From contig CM035360.1 in assembly GCA_020137815.1 (NCBI GenBank), forward strand, positions 930,001 through 994,000: a DNA stretch of 64,000 nt, given 5' to 3'. The notes under the pieces were generated by a model that worked only from the letters and a program-made list of their open reading frames with translations, was not told the DNA's origin and did no database searches. Below are positions 22,607 to 40,904 of this stretch, in pieces. The stretch is from Hormiphora californensis. Lineage: Eukaryota > Animalia > Ctenophora. The stretch's first letter is position 1. Each line of letters starts with the position of its first letter. A program made the translations under genes and the position numbers.

Positions 22607-23673
22607 TCAACTCTTTCCCATTTTTTGTGATATAACGTGTGATAGTGCGACAGACAAGTCCTCTCTCATCCCATGTTCAGATGTGAATTTCTTAGCTAAC
22701 TTTGCAGGGTCATCCTTCTGTCGGACCTTTAGAATGGCTATCTTATCGGGACAGTATTCCACAGTCATGGTGAACACAATTCCGTCCTTGTCCTTGGGAA
22801 GATTAATTCGATTAATTAGATTAGTTAAGTTAGAGTTGCTAGAAGGCAGTGGGAGGGACTGTACTGGTAATTTTAGAAAGAAAATAATATAACGATTCAG
22901 TAGCGGTATATTTCAGTGATGGGGAAGGGAGGCCCCGCGTGATCCTGTCTAACCGCAGAGGGTTAGACCATAACAAGGGGTAGGGCTGGTATAATAGGGT
23001 GATATTTGAAATGATATTATACGGAGCTTTTAGTGAAGGGATTTTGCACGTGACATCGAGACCTATAAGAGCCAAACTGATATATATGAAGTCTGCATGT
23101 AAACAAAATCAAATATAATACAGGCTTCCTTTTCAGGTTATTATAGGGCGGTGATAGGCCTACCTAGGTTAAAACAACAAATTCCACAGTGAAATTTTGT
23201 AATTTTTCTAAAGAGAGAATAGAGATAGAAACGAATTTGAAATTTCTTCGTCGGGTTAAATCAAATTTACTTGTCAGCATGATCCCTCACAAGACACGAT
23301 CTGTTTGGTTTAGGTTCCAAGGCCCCTGCAACTTACTGGGTGTCTCATGTACTCAGGAATTCGTGACCTCTCAGGTTTATTCCTAGATCTTTGATCCCGT
23401 CTCCCTCTCCCTCGAGTTCCCCGGGGCTCAGTCTCCTCAGGTCTTTTCATTATTTCTTCCTGACAAAAATAAAAGTGATTACATTTTTCCGAAATACTTT
23501 TTTCTTTTGCTATTCTATTCGCTCGCTAACTTGAGGAAACATTTTGTTATATTTCGGAAGCAAACCTTCAATTTTTCCTCATGGTAATCTCTCCTGTCGA
23601 ATTGGTTCTGTTTAATATGGTGGAGAAAGCCGTGCCCTCGATCCAATCTGGGTGGCCTCCGTTCACTAGACAT
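22607..23673 (-). CDS. C2orf68: UPF0561 / C2orf68-like protein
   Basis: N-terminal RLDRGHGFLHHIKQNQFDRRDY and C-terminal exon VFTMTVEYCPDKIAILKVRQKDDPAKLAKKF...LSHVISQKM resemble the two conserved UPF0561 blocks; middle junctions uncertain. Confidence 0.75.
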
Positions 23674-24594
23674 ACTACTAAATAGTCGTTTAGTCACAAA
23701 CATAAGATCGAGTTATCAGCTGTAGATGATTTGGGGGGCGTGTTCACATATATTATACTAGCACACCCATTGGGTGCGCCTCAAGTAAGGGCTTTTTGAA
23801 ATTTGATAACCCACCCGGCTTCGCCGGGTGGATCTTTTTGCCCCTTTCAACGGTTGCCATGGCAACTGAATTGGTAACTATGGGGAATGGCCTGTTAAAA
23901 GTCATTCGAAATATTAAGAAACTTCCACTGGAACTTCAGAAAGTGTGAATAACAGCTTTACAGCTTTCATCATATGAAGTGTTTTATGAAGGAGCACTGT
24001 CGCTTAGATACCGCTGAACGAACGGCCACCACTTCGACGTTCATCTCCAAATTATAATAGAGATTGTTGCTGAGATGAAATTGAGGTGAGTCAGAGTCCA
24101 GAGACGAAAAGGGGGATTGTAGGAGCAAGGGAGGGACAGGGGAGAATATGATATGAACTATTTGTAGCTGTCTCAAGAAGAAATGAATGCCATGCAGGTG
24201 CCATGCATAAGGCGGCATTGAGGGATAAAAACACTCCATCCCCTATGAAATTATATCAAAATAATCCAATAAATGCCGGGGATGTTCTGGCCAAAATATA
24301 TCATGTAATATTCCGTATTCGAATCTCCAAATGTAAATTCTGGGGCATCTTTTCTATCCTATTCTCCTTCCAGAAATCAAATTTTCACAAAACACAATTA
24401 TTTAGGACTTCATTACTCCAGACAAAGTCCATTCCCATTTCATCGCATTTATTATTATTGTCTATTTCCCACTCTCTCTCTCAAGTTCCATATATTCATT
24501 TCACATATCATTAGTACCTAAGAAACTCCGTGAAAGTTCTGATCCTTCGCCCCAGTCTTGTGATCTTTCAGTTGGGGAGCAGACTCGTAGTTAC

Positions 24595-24793
24595 AAATTA
24601 CCACCCCTCTCTTCTGGGCCTGGGGGAAGGGTTGGGTCAAAGTCAAATTACCACCCCTCTCTTCTGGGCCTGGGGGAAGGGTTGGGTCAAAGTCAAATTA
24701 CCACCCCTCTCTTCTGGGCCTGGGGGAAGGGTTGGGTCAAAGTCAAATTACCACCCCTCTCTTCTGGGCCTGGGGGAAGGGTTGGGTCAAAGT
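24595..24793. repeat. 50-bp tandem repeat x4
   Basis: aaattaccacccctctcttctgggcctgggggaagggttgggtcaaagtc at 24595, 24645, 24695, 24745. Confidence 0.95.
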
Positions 24794-26171
24794 CCCCTTT
24801 GATAAACATACTTACTTTCTATAAAGTAGGTGTAATAAACATGAGGGAGAAAGCTTATTTTTTTCCTAGGCTAGAATCGAATGAATGATCATCAATGATC
24901 AAAGTATCCCGAGAGTTTTATTTAAAGCGGTTAGTTAATACCTTTAAAGACTAGATCATTTGGACTTGGGGAGAGAATATTAGATAATGATAACTCCTGT
25001 GATATAAAATGCGTTCTATTCACCAGGAGCAGGAGGTGGCTATCATCGATCCCTCAGGGAGACGAGAGACATAGTGGGGAAGAAGCGGAAAGAGAAGAAG
25101 GGGATGAGGAGAAAGAGAGAAGAGACAGAGAGAGAGAGAGAGAGAGCGGGATGAAGCAGTACAGAGAGCTGAGAGGGAGAGAAGAGAGCGAGAGAGAGAG
25201 AAGCACGAAGAGACGTAGACGCGTCTATCAGAGACTCTCTTCCTTCTTCTGCTCGCTCGATCCCTCAAGTCTAAAGGGTATCCCTAAGACTCTTGAGGGC
25301 CATTTTGCTCTCTTAGAGGCTCATCCCTATTTGTCTCTGTCTCGTTTCTCTCTCCTCTCAGAGATCGCTGCTGAATTAGGCTGTATACTAACTGGGCCTC
25401 TGCGGACTGCGAGCCCTTGCCTGCCTATTCTTCTAGAGGAGAGAAGAGAAGAGAGAAGGAGGAACTAGCAGTTGGGTGATGATGAAGTGGGAATCAAAGA
25501 TTCGATTTTCGGTGGCCTGGTTTACAAAGCAGGACGTCTGTATTTTCTGCACACCATACTACCTAAGTTGCTTCTTGCAACCTCGTCCTCTCTCTTTTTC
25601 TCTATCTCTCTCTATGTCTATCTCTGTCTCTCTTTCTATCTCTTTCTCTTTGCCATCATTGTCCATTTGAGTGACAGGCGGTGGATACGAGCTGCAGCGT
25701 GGAATGGGGCGACGGTGGGGCGTGATTCGATGATACTGACAAAACACCAGATATTCAGGACATAGCTGTCTATCCCCTATATTCACTCTCTCTCTTTCTG
25801 TCTCTCTCTGTCTCTCTCTGTCTCTCTCTCCCTCCCTCTCCACGCATCGTTCTGATTGCATTTCCCTCTCTGATTCGTGGACTTTGTTTTTATAGCAGAA
25901 TTAAGGTAGTTCCAGATCTCGTACCATCCATGATCCTCAGTAGGGCATTCACGTGCAACCTTCCCGCGTCTCAGAGCAAGCTGACTTTTTTGTATCCTCT
26001 TTTCAAAATCAACTTGTGTTTTTCTACGGCTATAGGAATCGATGTAGATTGAGTTATAATGGCCTAAATCCCAAGAACTTGTATTGAATGACACGTAGAC
26101 GGTAGACCACTAAAACGTCTATTTAAACCATCTATTCCTCATATAATATGCTCATTTCCCCTGTAGACAAA

Positions 26172-28202
26172 ATGATTCGGGCGGTTCTGCTAGCCAGTGT
26201 GCTAGTTGGTATTGCCAGTGCTACTTTTGGCATGATCGAGCTCCCATCTGTGATATATGTGAAACCAGGTGACGACTTCACCATTCCCTGTAGTAGTGAC
26301 TTTGCTGTGGTAACCAAGGTAAGAACAATAAACCTCCCCACAGATCCCTTCCTCAGTCCTCCCTCAGACTGAGTCAGTCCTCACTGTACCTTGTTAGAAC
26401 AGATCATCCTTTGCTCTGCCGAACTCTCACAAACAAACGATACGGATTGTACCTCACCCCTTGTTCGACCCTCCCTCACCGCATCTCGTTAGAACATGAA
26501 ATACCCTGACAGAGTGTGCTACTGAAATAAAATGCAGTGTTTGCTAGACAAATCATCCACTTTAACACCCACTTTTTTCCAGCTGTTCCTGCCATCGGAA
26601 GAAGTTCCTCCTGAAGAAATCAAACAACAGCAGGCTATCAACACAGGAAACGAGCGAAAGAAGAACACCGCTTCGAGTCTGTTTGAGAACGCCAGCAAGG
26701 AAGAGCACGAGGGTCTCTACACGTGCCTGGTAAACCATGGCTCTGATATGGATCCCATGTATAGTGAGGCGACGTGCAAGGTCATCATTAAAGATATCTG
26801 TGGTGAAAGTGACTGCTCGGGGTTGGAGAAGTGCGTACCTGACTACTCCACAGGTACCTACACCTGTTCCTGTGAGTATGAGTGCTCCAAGAACTTTGAC
26901 CCCCTCTGTGCTGATACCTGTGATCTCTACTGGAACGAGTGTGCCATGAATGAAATGACCTGTCGAGATGGCAAGGAGAGGGAGATCATGAATAAAGGGT
27001 TCTGTCCTGTTATCGTTAGCCCTACCGTCAGAGATGTTCCGGAGGTCCAGGTCCTGAGCGTGTCTGTTGGTGAGGTGGTAACCATGCACTCTGGACTTGT
27101 CGAGGATGGAACCCCAAAGGCACTACTCCAGTGGACCTTCAACGGGGAGTTAATGGAGGGTGAGAATGGGGAGCAGTTGGTAATTGAGGCGAGTGAGAGC
27201 AATGCAGGAGAGTACATGTGTACCATCACACACTGTAAAAACGACAACCAGGCTACAATGAACCAATACAAGGTGGAAGTACCAGAGTACCCTACCGATG
27301 AGCTGAGTACCGAACCACCCACATCTGATGACTTCACAATCAGCGATCCCAAGTATACATGTTCCGCATACCCTGGAGGATCTCTGGAGACCTTCAACGG
27401 TGTGGTGACCGTTCTGGATCTCACGTGTTCCCATGTCCTGGCGGCTGATCTCGGTCGAGATTCTGGGTACGTTGATTCTTGGTATATCTACGGGTCCTTT
27501 GATGATTTCCAGGGAAGGACCTCTCTCCACTCCATGACATTCTACATTGGTGGTGCCATGTTTGAGATACAGAGAGGCTGGTTGGTCAACATGAACGGAG
27601 ACAAGTGGGCCATCAAGGAGACCGGAGTTGCACAGGCAGTTCCGGGGACCAACTGCACAATTGAGTTTGTGGACTGGCATTTAGTGGTGGCCTGTGCGGA
27701 CTTCACCGCCTACTATGATGGAATTATGAGCGGCCACATTTCCCTCGAGGTGGAGGTGGATGACACAATGGTGGAGAAGAGGTCTGGAAATGATATCGGT
27801 CTCTGTTGGGATAACATGTGGGGAGCTAGGTCGAACTGGCAGGTTGGTTCCAACACCGGCAAGTGTGAGCTGAACCAAGAATTTGAAGTTTGCGATTCTG
27901 GAGATATTGGGTGTGTGGATTACCAGGTTGAATCTGATAACGCTGAGTTCTTCGCCACCTGTGGAGCTGGAGCAGTTGATTCTTGTAGTGAGCTGACCTG
28001 TAATGATAGTGGTATGACGTCAATGCAGCAGTGTGCACTGATCCAGGCTCGGGATAAGTCTTGTGCACTCAAGGGGGCTACTGATAGCACAGTGAGCAGA
28101 CTTGGATGTCCGGATAATGAGTGTGATTGGTTCCTGGCTGTTGTCGCCCAGGGATGTCCCCAGGATAGCTTCCCCTTCCAGTGCGGAGAGATTGATGCTT
28201 AG
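26172..28202 (+). CDS. Secreted Cys-rich protein: signal peptide, Ig, follistatin/Kazal, Ig, VWD-like, Cys-rich tail (exons 26172-26318, 26583-28202)
   Basis: Signal MIRAVLLASVLVGIASA; Ig motifs FTIPC...EGLYTC and WTFNG...GEYMC; Kazal-like CSKNFDPLC...YWNECAM; VWD-like CSAYPGGSLETFNG...CSHVLA...GLC. Confidence 0.85.
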
Positions 28203-28462
28203 ACAGAGAGTCGATGGATTGCTAGAATGACCTTATATCATCGGGGAGGACATCTGAGAGAGACTGTAAATTGACTTACTTACTTGGAGAGAGAGAAAAT
28301 ATTTTAAGTCTATACTAGGTGAATTGTATGTTATTAGAATGCTCGCTCAAAAGGCGAAATACACGAGTAATGTGAAATGTTTATTTTATTATACTGTTTT
28401 ATAACCGATTACTTTATATACCAACTTGATTTGAATTAATTCTGTCTACATCACACCACCTT

Positions 28463-29872
28463 TCAACTAACGGACTGAAATACCAAAAGATCAATTAAAG
28501 CCCAATTAAAGCCCAACTAAAGCCCAATTAAAGCCCAATTAAAGCCCAACTAAAGCCCAATTAAAGACCAATTAAAGCCCAATTAAAGCCCAATTAAAGC
28601 CCAATTAAAGCCCAATTAAAGCCCAACTAAAGCCCAATTAAAGACCAATTAAAGCACCAAACTTACCTCAGAAAACTCTCCCCGAAGTCCAATGTAGCAA
28701 ATTTGTGTTTCATCCGCACCAAAGTTCTTATCAAAATATAGCGATAAACTTTCACAGTTATTGAATTTCGCAACACTGAAAAAGATAAACTTTCACAGTT
28801 ATTGAATTTCGCAACACTGAAAAAGAGGAAATGTATCATTATCAAGTCCCAGTAAAAACAAACTAGGGCAATGGAATAGACTGGTAAAACTCAGGACGCA
28901 AGTATTCTCCCTGGTCCGGACAAGTCAATACTTTAACGGGAAGGCAAATGCAGCTGACACTAACCGGGTTTGGTACTCCAGAACCGCATCTTTATCATCC
29001 TGAAGATCAAACTCCTGATCTGCACACCTCCCTCCATCATCAAATGTCATAGGGGCGGAGTTCTTAAACCTGCAAAAAGAAAAAGTTCTACCCTAATTCT
29101 CTGTGTCCCGGCCAGGGTTTCTACGTTTCTGTCGTGGTTCCATCAAAATACTAACACATTTTAGTAACTCTCTCCACCACTTCTCAGTTCTACTAAAGTC
29201 ATTTAAACCCCCCGCTCCCCCACTACTTACACTTCCTACAATGCACACCCCTAATCCCCCACAACTCACACCTTCAGGTGAGAAGGGCTGGTTTCACCTC
29301 CTCCCCCTACTACTCACACCCCTACTCACACCCTCCTCCCCTCTACTCACACCTTCAGGTGAGAAGGGCTGGTTTCACCTCCTCCTCCCACTACAATGAT
29401 TCCCTTCAACTTGACACTACCAGTGAAGGAAAAGTTAAACATCAGCTCTTCATCTGCGTCACTATCAACAAACTGAGTGGGTTATCGGATTTTAGGCACT
29501 TTTATTTTTAGGATTTTAGGGATCGTATTTTAGGGATTTTTAGGATCTTTATTCTTTATCGGATTTACGAAGGTAGAAGAATAAATTTTCCAAAAATATA
29601 ACCCCAATGAAGTAATGACTAATTATCAAGGTTCAAAGTAACACCATGGCGGGGAGCCAGTTCCCCAATTGGGGGCCGGTGGGTTGCACTCGTCTACATA
29701 CCTTGGTTTTGTCCTGTCTTTCCTCCCACGGTTTGAAAACTACGGAACCCTGTCCCTCCTCACTCTCATTCAGACACGTTAGCGTGTTCATATCAATCCG
29801 TGTATAAAGAGAGAACTCTCTCCCTCGTTCTGGATCATCGTGGTTATGTGCCTCGTCCTTACAGCACGCCAT
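28463..29872 (-). CDS. PITHD1: PITH domain-containing protein 1
   Basis: SLYTRID..LTCLNESEEGQGSVVFKPWEERQD; FVDSDADEELMFNFSFTGSVKLKGII; FKN..MTFDD..DQEFDL..LEYQTR; AKFNNCESLSLYFDKNFGADETQICYIGLRGEF. Last exon/stop (SVS* at 28463) is uncertain. Confidence 0.9.
28493..28654. repeat. 11-bp minisatellite (aattaaagccc)n
   Basis: About 14 tandem copies in the last visible PITHD1 intron. Confidence 0.95.
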
Positions 29873-30179
29873 GTTGTGCTATTAACGACGGGAAATGTTA
29901 TGAGATATTGATCCAGTGTACACAGTTATTGAGGGATGTATTGGTATTTGGTAGCTACAAGTCACTTGCTAGATCACAAAGATCGCCCTGGATGGAGTGA
30001 AATAGTCGCATGGTTGCGGCTTCTCGACACCTCCAGATCGTATAGCCAGGAGCTATATATGAGGGAGCCAGATGTGTGGAAACCTGATATATAATAATAC
30101 TTTTACCACTAGGATAAAAAAGTTTATGAATGGATTATCACAATACAAACAATAAACATGCTGTCTACAGCGAGACTGT

Positions 30180-30332
<153 letters not shown>

Positions 30333-31485
30333 GCATCAATAAAGGTGTTATAATAGTGAGGTGATATACATTCCAAATCCTTACTTTTCAAAATGTCGTG
30401 CTTGTCCTCGGTTTGTTAGTCAACTAACAGGACGTGCTTGCTGGGCTTTTCTCACTACCAGTGGTAAAGTCCCATCCCTCTGCACGCCGAGAAGGAGTAC
30501 TCCCCTCCATTCGTGCAAGGAGCAGGTAGTGAAGTAACAAACTCCCTCCTTGTTTTGTTCAAACAGGGTCGAGCAAGGCAACTCCCTCCCGGATGGGATG
30601 GAAGGATGCCCTTAGGAACCTCATCAAGCCCTGAGTTAACAGAGGACATAAAGCGAGTCCAGGTACTTGTTTGGACTTGATTTGATTTGATTTGATAAGA
30701 GCGTTTGCCACGGGCGTGAACCTCATCATGACTTTCATTCACTAACATCCAAGCACAACAGCGGGCAACAAAAACTTGGAATATCAATTGTGTTCCTAAT
30801 ATCGATCCACCCCGCAGAGTCCCCGACCAGTATCGCGAACTGGATCAAGGGCGTGTTCCGTTCAATCGTACCGGTCAACTCCAAACTCTCCCCCATCGCC
30901 CACATCCTCCTCGAGTGAGTCAGTTGTTGGTGGCGTGGCTGTGGTGTCATGGCCCGTTCGAGTTGTCGTGGTCCACGCTGTTTCAAGGAAACACCTCACA
31001 GGTAACAGCAGGAGCTATATTATAATAAGTCTTGAGCGAATAGTGAGGCTTTATAATGTTTGTGAGCTTGTTCAAACGTATGTGTGTATGTGGTTATTGG
31101 TTGAATCCCGGTATTCTAAGACCTCTTTACTAATGTGATGGTAGAGACTTCGAATGTAGTATATGTCATTCATTAAACGGTTTGTCGAAACGTTTTGTTT
31201 ATTGTCCAAAGGACTCTATGATGATCACAGTTACAATAGACAGTGTGTACGTCCTTTTATAGTTTGATGTGTGGTCTGCCACTGTTTGTTACGGAAACTG
31301 ACACTGTGTTGTCTACTTGTACTGTTACATTGTTCTTTAATTCTTAGTCTCTGAACAGTGTACTTGTCCAATTTAGCCAAGGATTTAATTTAAACACCTT
31401 TGCGCTAGCCAGCTCTGTTTGACTGAAGGATTGAACTCCCATAACGCCAATTGACAATTGTTCGTGACCCATTATTTCTCTCTAG

Positions 31486-36601
<5,116 letters not shown>

Positions 36602-37419
36602 TCAAAATTAATGTGTAAGAAATGCTCTGTGATTAAAAATGTAGTTTTCAAAAATGTTTGCTTTCGTTGAAACCAAAACACAAAACAGGATTGACTGATG
36701 AAATAATTATAATATAATATATATATACCTCGACCAAAACGCGGAGTTTTTACGTCAGCCGACCCGAAACCGGATTAAATTTTGCCACCCGCTGGTCTCA
36801 GGGCCTCCAAATATGTCAAAATATGTCTGAATTGTCATTTGGGGTCATTTAGACCTTTTAATTACATGTAATTACCCTTTAATTACATGTAATTACATTT
36901 TAATTACATGTAATTACTTCCAATTACATTCCAATTACTTCAGCACCTCGAGAGCTTTCGAACGCACCCTAGAACACCTTTCTACTCCATCTAATTGCCG
37001 AGTTCTGTATACCCCTTATTTTGACTGTTTTTCGCGTCCTACCCCTTATAGGTTTGGGTATGGCCATCGCCACACCCCCTATACGTCGCGGGACCTCGAG
37101 ACCTTTCCAACGAGCCATAGAACACCTCTCTACTACTTCAGGGGGCTTCAAAACTTTCACTCTAAAAATATCTATGGTTATGGTTTATGGTTTATGGTTT
37201 ACCTCGACCAAAACGCGGAGTTTTTACGTCAGCCGACCCGAAACCTGATTAAATTTGGCCACCCGCTGGTCTCAGAGCCTCCAAATATGTCAAAATATGT
37301 CTAAATTGTCATTTGGGGTCATTTAGACCTTTTAATTACATGTAATTACCCTTTAATTACATGTAATTACATTTTAGTGAGGAAGTTTTGTTTTCTCCTT
37401 CCGGCTGGACAAATGAGTA

Positions 37420-37492
37420 GACGTAGATTTTATTGTAGAATAACGCTATCAATTTCGGCGCACAGCACCATCTTCAGGCTATAATATACGGA
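37420..37492 (-). ncRNA. Second copy of the putative hammerhead ribozyme (other arm)
   Basis: Reverse complement of the 39525-39597 motif. Confidence 0.65.
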
Positions 37493-37784
37493 ATATACAT
37501 GTTAGAAAAACTGTACACATACCAATCGTAAAATAAAAATTACTGGAAAATTCTAAAGCTAAGCTAATTTAGTGAAATAGTAAAAAGTTGAAAAACTACA
37601 CGCGGGACTGGAAAAATTATAAAACAAAAAGTAAAGACTAGGAAATAAACGGGGTTTAAATAGTAAAGAAATAAGATCAGATAGTGAAATAAGATAGGAA
37701 TCACGCGACTGCTCAAAAAAGATATCTAGCTAAAAATACTCAATGACCAATATGGCCGTTAGAAAATACTAAAAACGGATAATA

Positions 37785-38800
37785 TTAAGAAATAAGGAAT
37801 CTAGATAGATCAGTCAACTCTTCTTTTAAATTAATAGTAGGCTTCTCTCTGTTAATATAATATGCTTCTATAATCTTTCTATATAAGATACGTGACTCTG
37901 TTGTAATAATCTCAAAAATCAAATCAGGTACTGTCTTATTATGAAACTGTTTATAGTGCACTGCGAGTGCCATCTCCGAGTAAGATTTCAACGTAGGGGA
38001 GGTGGCATACCGGAGATGTTCTCCAAAGCGGTCTTTAGCTGTTCTCCCCGTTTCCCCGATGTAGATCTCTTTACAGATGTTACAGGTAATCCGGTATACT
38101 GGAGCAGTCACCTGGCAGTTCCTCTCCCCCTCTAGCCGTGGACATATTTTACATGATCTCCCCCCACAGTAAGCTGCTCCATTGTCAAGGGGCCGTGAGC
38201 TACAGAAGATGTTACGTAGCTTGGTACCTGGAGTAAATACTGTTTTAATAGGGAGAGAGCGGCTAGAGATAAACTTCTGGATCGATAATGAAAATGATTC
38301 AGAGATGTAAGGCAGTTTCAAAATAACACAGTCCTCCACCTGCTGCTTCTGACCCTGGTACAAACGACAGCTCTGTTGTTGTGCGAACTGACGAGGGTTC
38401 TGGTACCCATTAGCAATCAGCAGGTTGTCCACTATTCTCAAGGATGCCTCCTCTTGTTCCGAATCTGATGCACTTAGCCTCGCTGTGGCGTAGAAATTAC
38501 GGACAGTTTGGATTTTAGTGGAAATAGGGTGGTGACTGTTCGCGTGCAGTGTGATATTCTTGCGAGCCTCCTTGCGGTAGAAACGCGTCTGCACCTCCCC
38601 AGATTCGGTGACCCGGATGTTAGTACCCAAGAAAGGTACAAAGTCATCACCCTCTGGAAAATCAACCTCCCATTTGATAAGGTGGTCTGGATCCTGCTCA
38701 CCTATCTTATCAAAGAAACACACTGCCTCCTCTCTCGTATAACATACGGTACAGGCATCATCAATGTACCGCCCATATAGAATAGGCAAGTACGATACGT
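37785..38800 (-). CDS. Penelope-like ORF fragment: RT C-terminal part + GIY-YIG endonuclease
   Basis: YGRYIDD, PFLG, FYRK, HANSHHP, LPYI and VYRITCNICKEIYIGETGRTAKDRFGEH...IIEAYYI...PTIN (PLE-type GIY-YIG). Confidence 0.9.
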
Positions 38801-39524
38801 CGTAACATCTTCTGTAGCTCACGGCCCCTTGACAATGGAGCAGCTTACTGTGGGGGGAGATCATGTAAAATATGTCCACGGCTAGAGGGGGAGAGGAACT
38901 GCCAGGTGACTGCTCCAGTATACCGGATTACCTGTAACATCTGTAAAGAGATCTACATCGGGGAAACGGGGAGAACAGCTAAAGACCGCTTTGGAGAACA
39001 TCTCCGGTATGCCACCTCCCCTACGTTGAAATCTTACTCGGAGATGGCACTCGCAGTGCACTATAAACAGTTTCATAATAAGACAGTACCTGATTTGATT
39101 TTTGAGATTATTACAACAGAGTCACGTATCTTATATAGAAAGATTATAGAAGCATATTATATTAACAGAGAGAAGCCTACTATTAATTTAAAAGAAGAGT
39201 TGACTGATCTATCTAGATTCCTTATTTCTTAATATTATCCGTTTTTAGTATTTTCTAACGGCCATATTGGTCATTGAGTATTTTTAGCTAGATATCTTTT
39301 TTGAGCAGTCGCGTGATTCCTATCTTATTTCACTATCTGATCTTATTTCTTTACTATTTAAACCCCGTTTATTTCCTAGTCTTTACTTTTTGTTTTATAA
39401 TTTTTCCAGTCCCGCGTGTAGTTTTTCAACTTTTTACTATTTCACTAAATTAGCTTAGCTTTAGAATTTTCCAGTAATTTTTATTTTACGATTGGTATGT
39501 GTACAGTTTTTCTAACATGTATAT

Positions 39525-39597
39525 TCCGTATATTATAGCCTGAAGATGGTGCTGTGCGCCGAAATTGATAGCGTTATTCTACAATAAAATCTACGTC
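39525..39597 (+). ncRNA. Putative hammerhead ribozyme in the Penelope-like terminal repeat
   Basis: CTGAAGA (39540-46), stem II GGTGC-tgt-GCGCC, GAAA (39561-64), stem III ATTG...CAAT, then A (39586). Stem I is only loosely supported. Confidence 0.65.
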
Positions 39598-40904
39598 TAC
39601 TCATTTGTCCAGCCGGAAGGAGAAAACAAAACTTCCTCACTGATATGCGGCTAATAAACAATCAACCGATCCTTATTCTCTAATTACATTTTAATTACAT
39701 GTAATTACTTCCAATTACATTCCAATTACTTCAGCACCTCAAGAGCTTTCGAACGCACCCTAGAACACCTTTCTACTCCTTCTAATTGCCGAGTTCTGTA
39801 TACCCCTTATTTTGACTGTTTTTCGCGTCCTACCCCTTATAGGTTTGGGTATGGCCATCGCCACACCCCCTATACGTCGCGGGACCTCGAGACCTTTCCA
39901 ACGAGCCATAGAACACCTCTCTACTACTTCAGGGGGCTTCAAAACTTTCACTCTAAAAATATCTATGGTTATGGTTTATGGTTACTCGACCAAAACGCGG
40001 AGTTTTTACGTCAGCCGACCCGAAACCGGATTAAATTTGGCCACCCGCTGGTCTCAGGGCCTCCAAATATGTCAAAATATGTTTAAATTATCATTCTGGG
40101 TTATTTAGACCTTTTAATTACATGTAATTACCCTTTAATTACATGTAATTACATTTTAATTACATGTAATTACTTCCAATTACATTCCAATTACTTCAGC
40201 ACCTCGAGAGCTTTCGAACGCACCCTAGAACACCTTTCTACTCCTTCTAATTGCCGAGTTCTGTATACCCCTTATTTTGACTGTTTTTCGCGTCCTACCC
40301 CTTATAAGTTTGGGTATGGCCATCGCCACACCCCCTATACGTCGCGGGACCTCGAGACCTTTCCAACGAGCCATAGAACACCTCTCTACTACTTCAGGGG
40401 GCTTCAAAACTTTCACTCTAAAAATATCTATGGTTATGGTTATGGTTTATGGTTTACCTCGACCAAAACGCGGAGTTTTTACGTCAGCCGACCCGAAACC
40501 GGATTAAATTTTGCCACCCGCTGGTCTCAGGGCCTCCAAATGTGTCAAAATATGTCTGAATTGTCATTTGGGGTCATTTAGACCTTTTAATTACATGTAA
40601 TTACATTTTAATTACATGTAATTACTTCCAATTACATTCCAATTACTTCAGCACCTCGAGAGCTTTCGAACGCACTCTAGAACACCTTTCTACTCCTTCT
40701 AATTGCCGAGTTCTGTATACCCCTTATTTTGACTGTTTTTTCGCGTCCTACCCCTTATAGGTTTGGGTATGGCCATCGCCACACCCCCTATACGTCGCGG
40801 GACCTCGAGACCTTTCCAACGAGCCATAGAACACCTCTCTACTACTTCAGGGGGCTTCAAAACTTTCACTCTAAAAATATCTATGGTTATGGTTTATGGT
40901 TTAT

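Larger units (their letters stand above)
37376..39680. mobile_element. Penelope-like retroelement (5'-truncated) with 841-bp inverted arms
   Basis: 37376-38216 is the reverse complement of 38801-39641; flanked by duplicated taattacatttt. Confidence 0.92.

Noticed and set aside
24595-24793. CRISPR-like array
   Set aside because: Contiguous identical 50-bp units without spacers.
26562-28068. Minus-strand ORFs overlapping the Ig/Kazal/VWD gene
   Set aside because: Antisense shadow frames without motifs.
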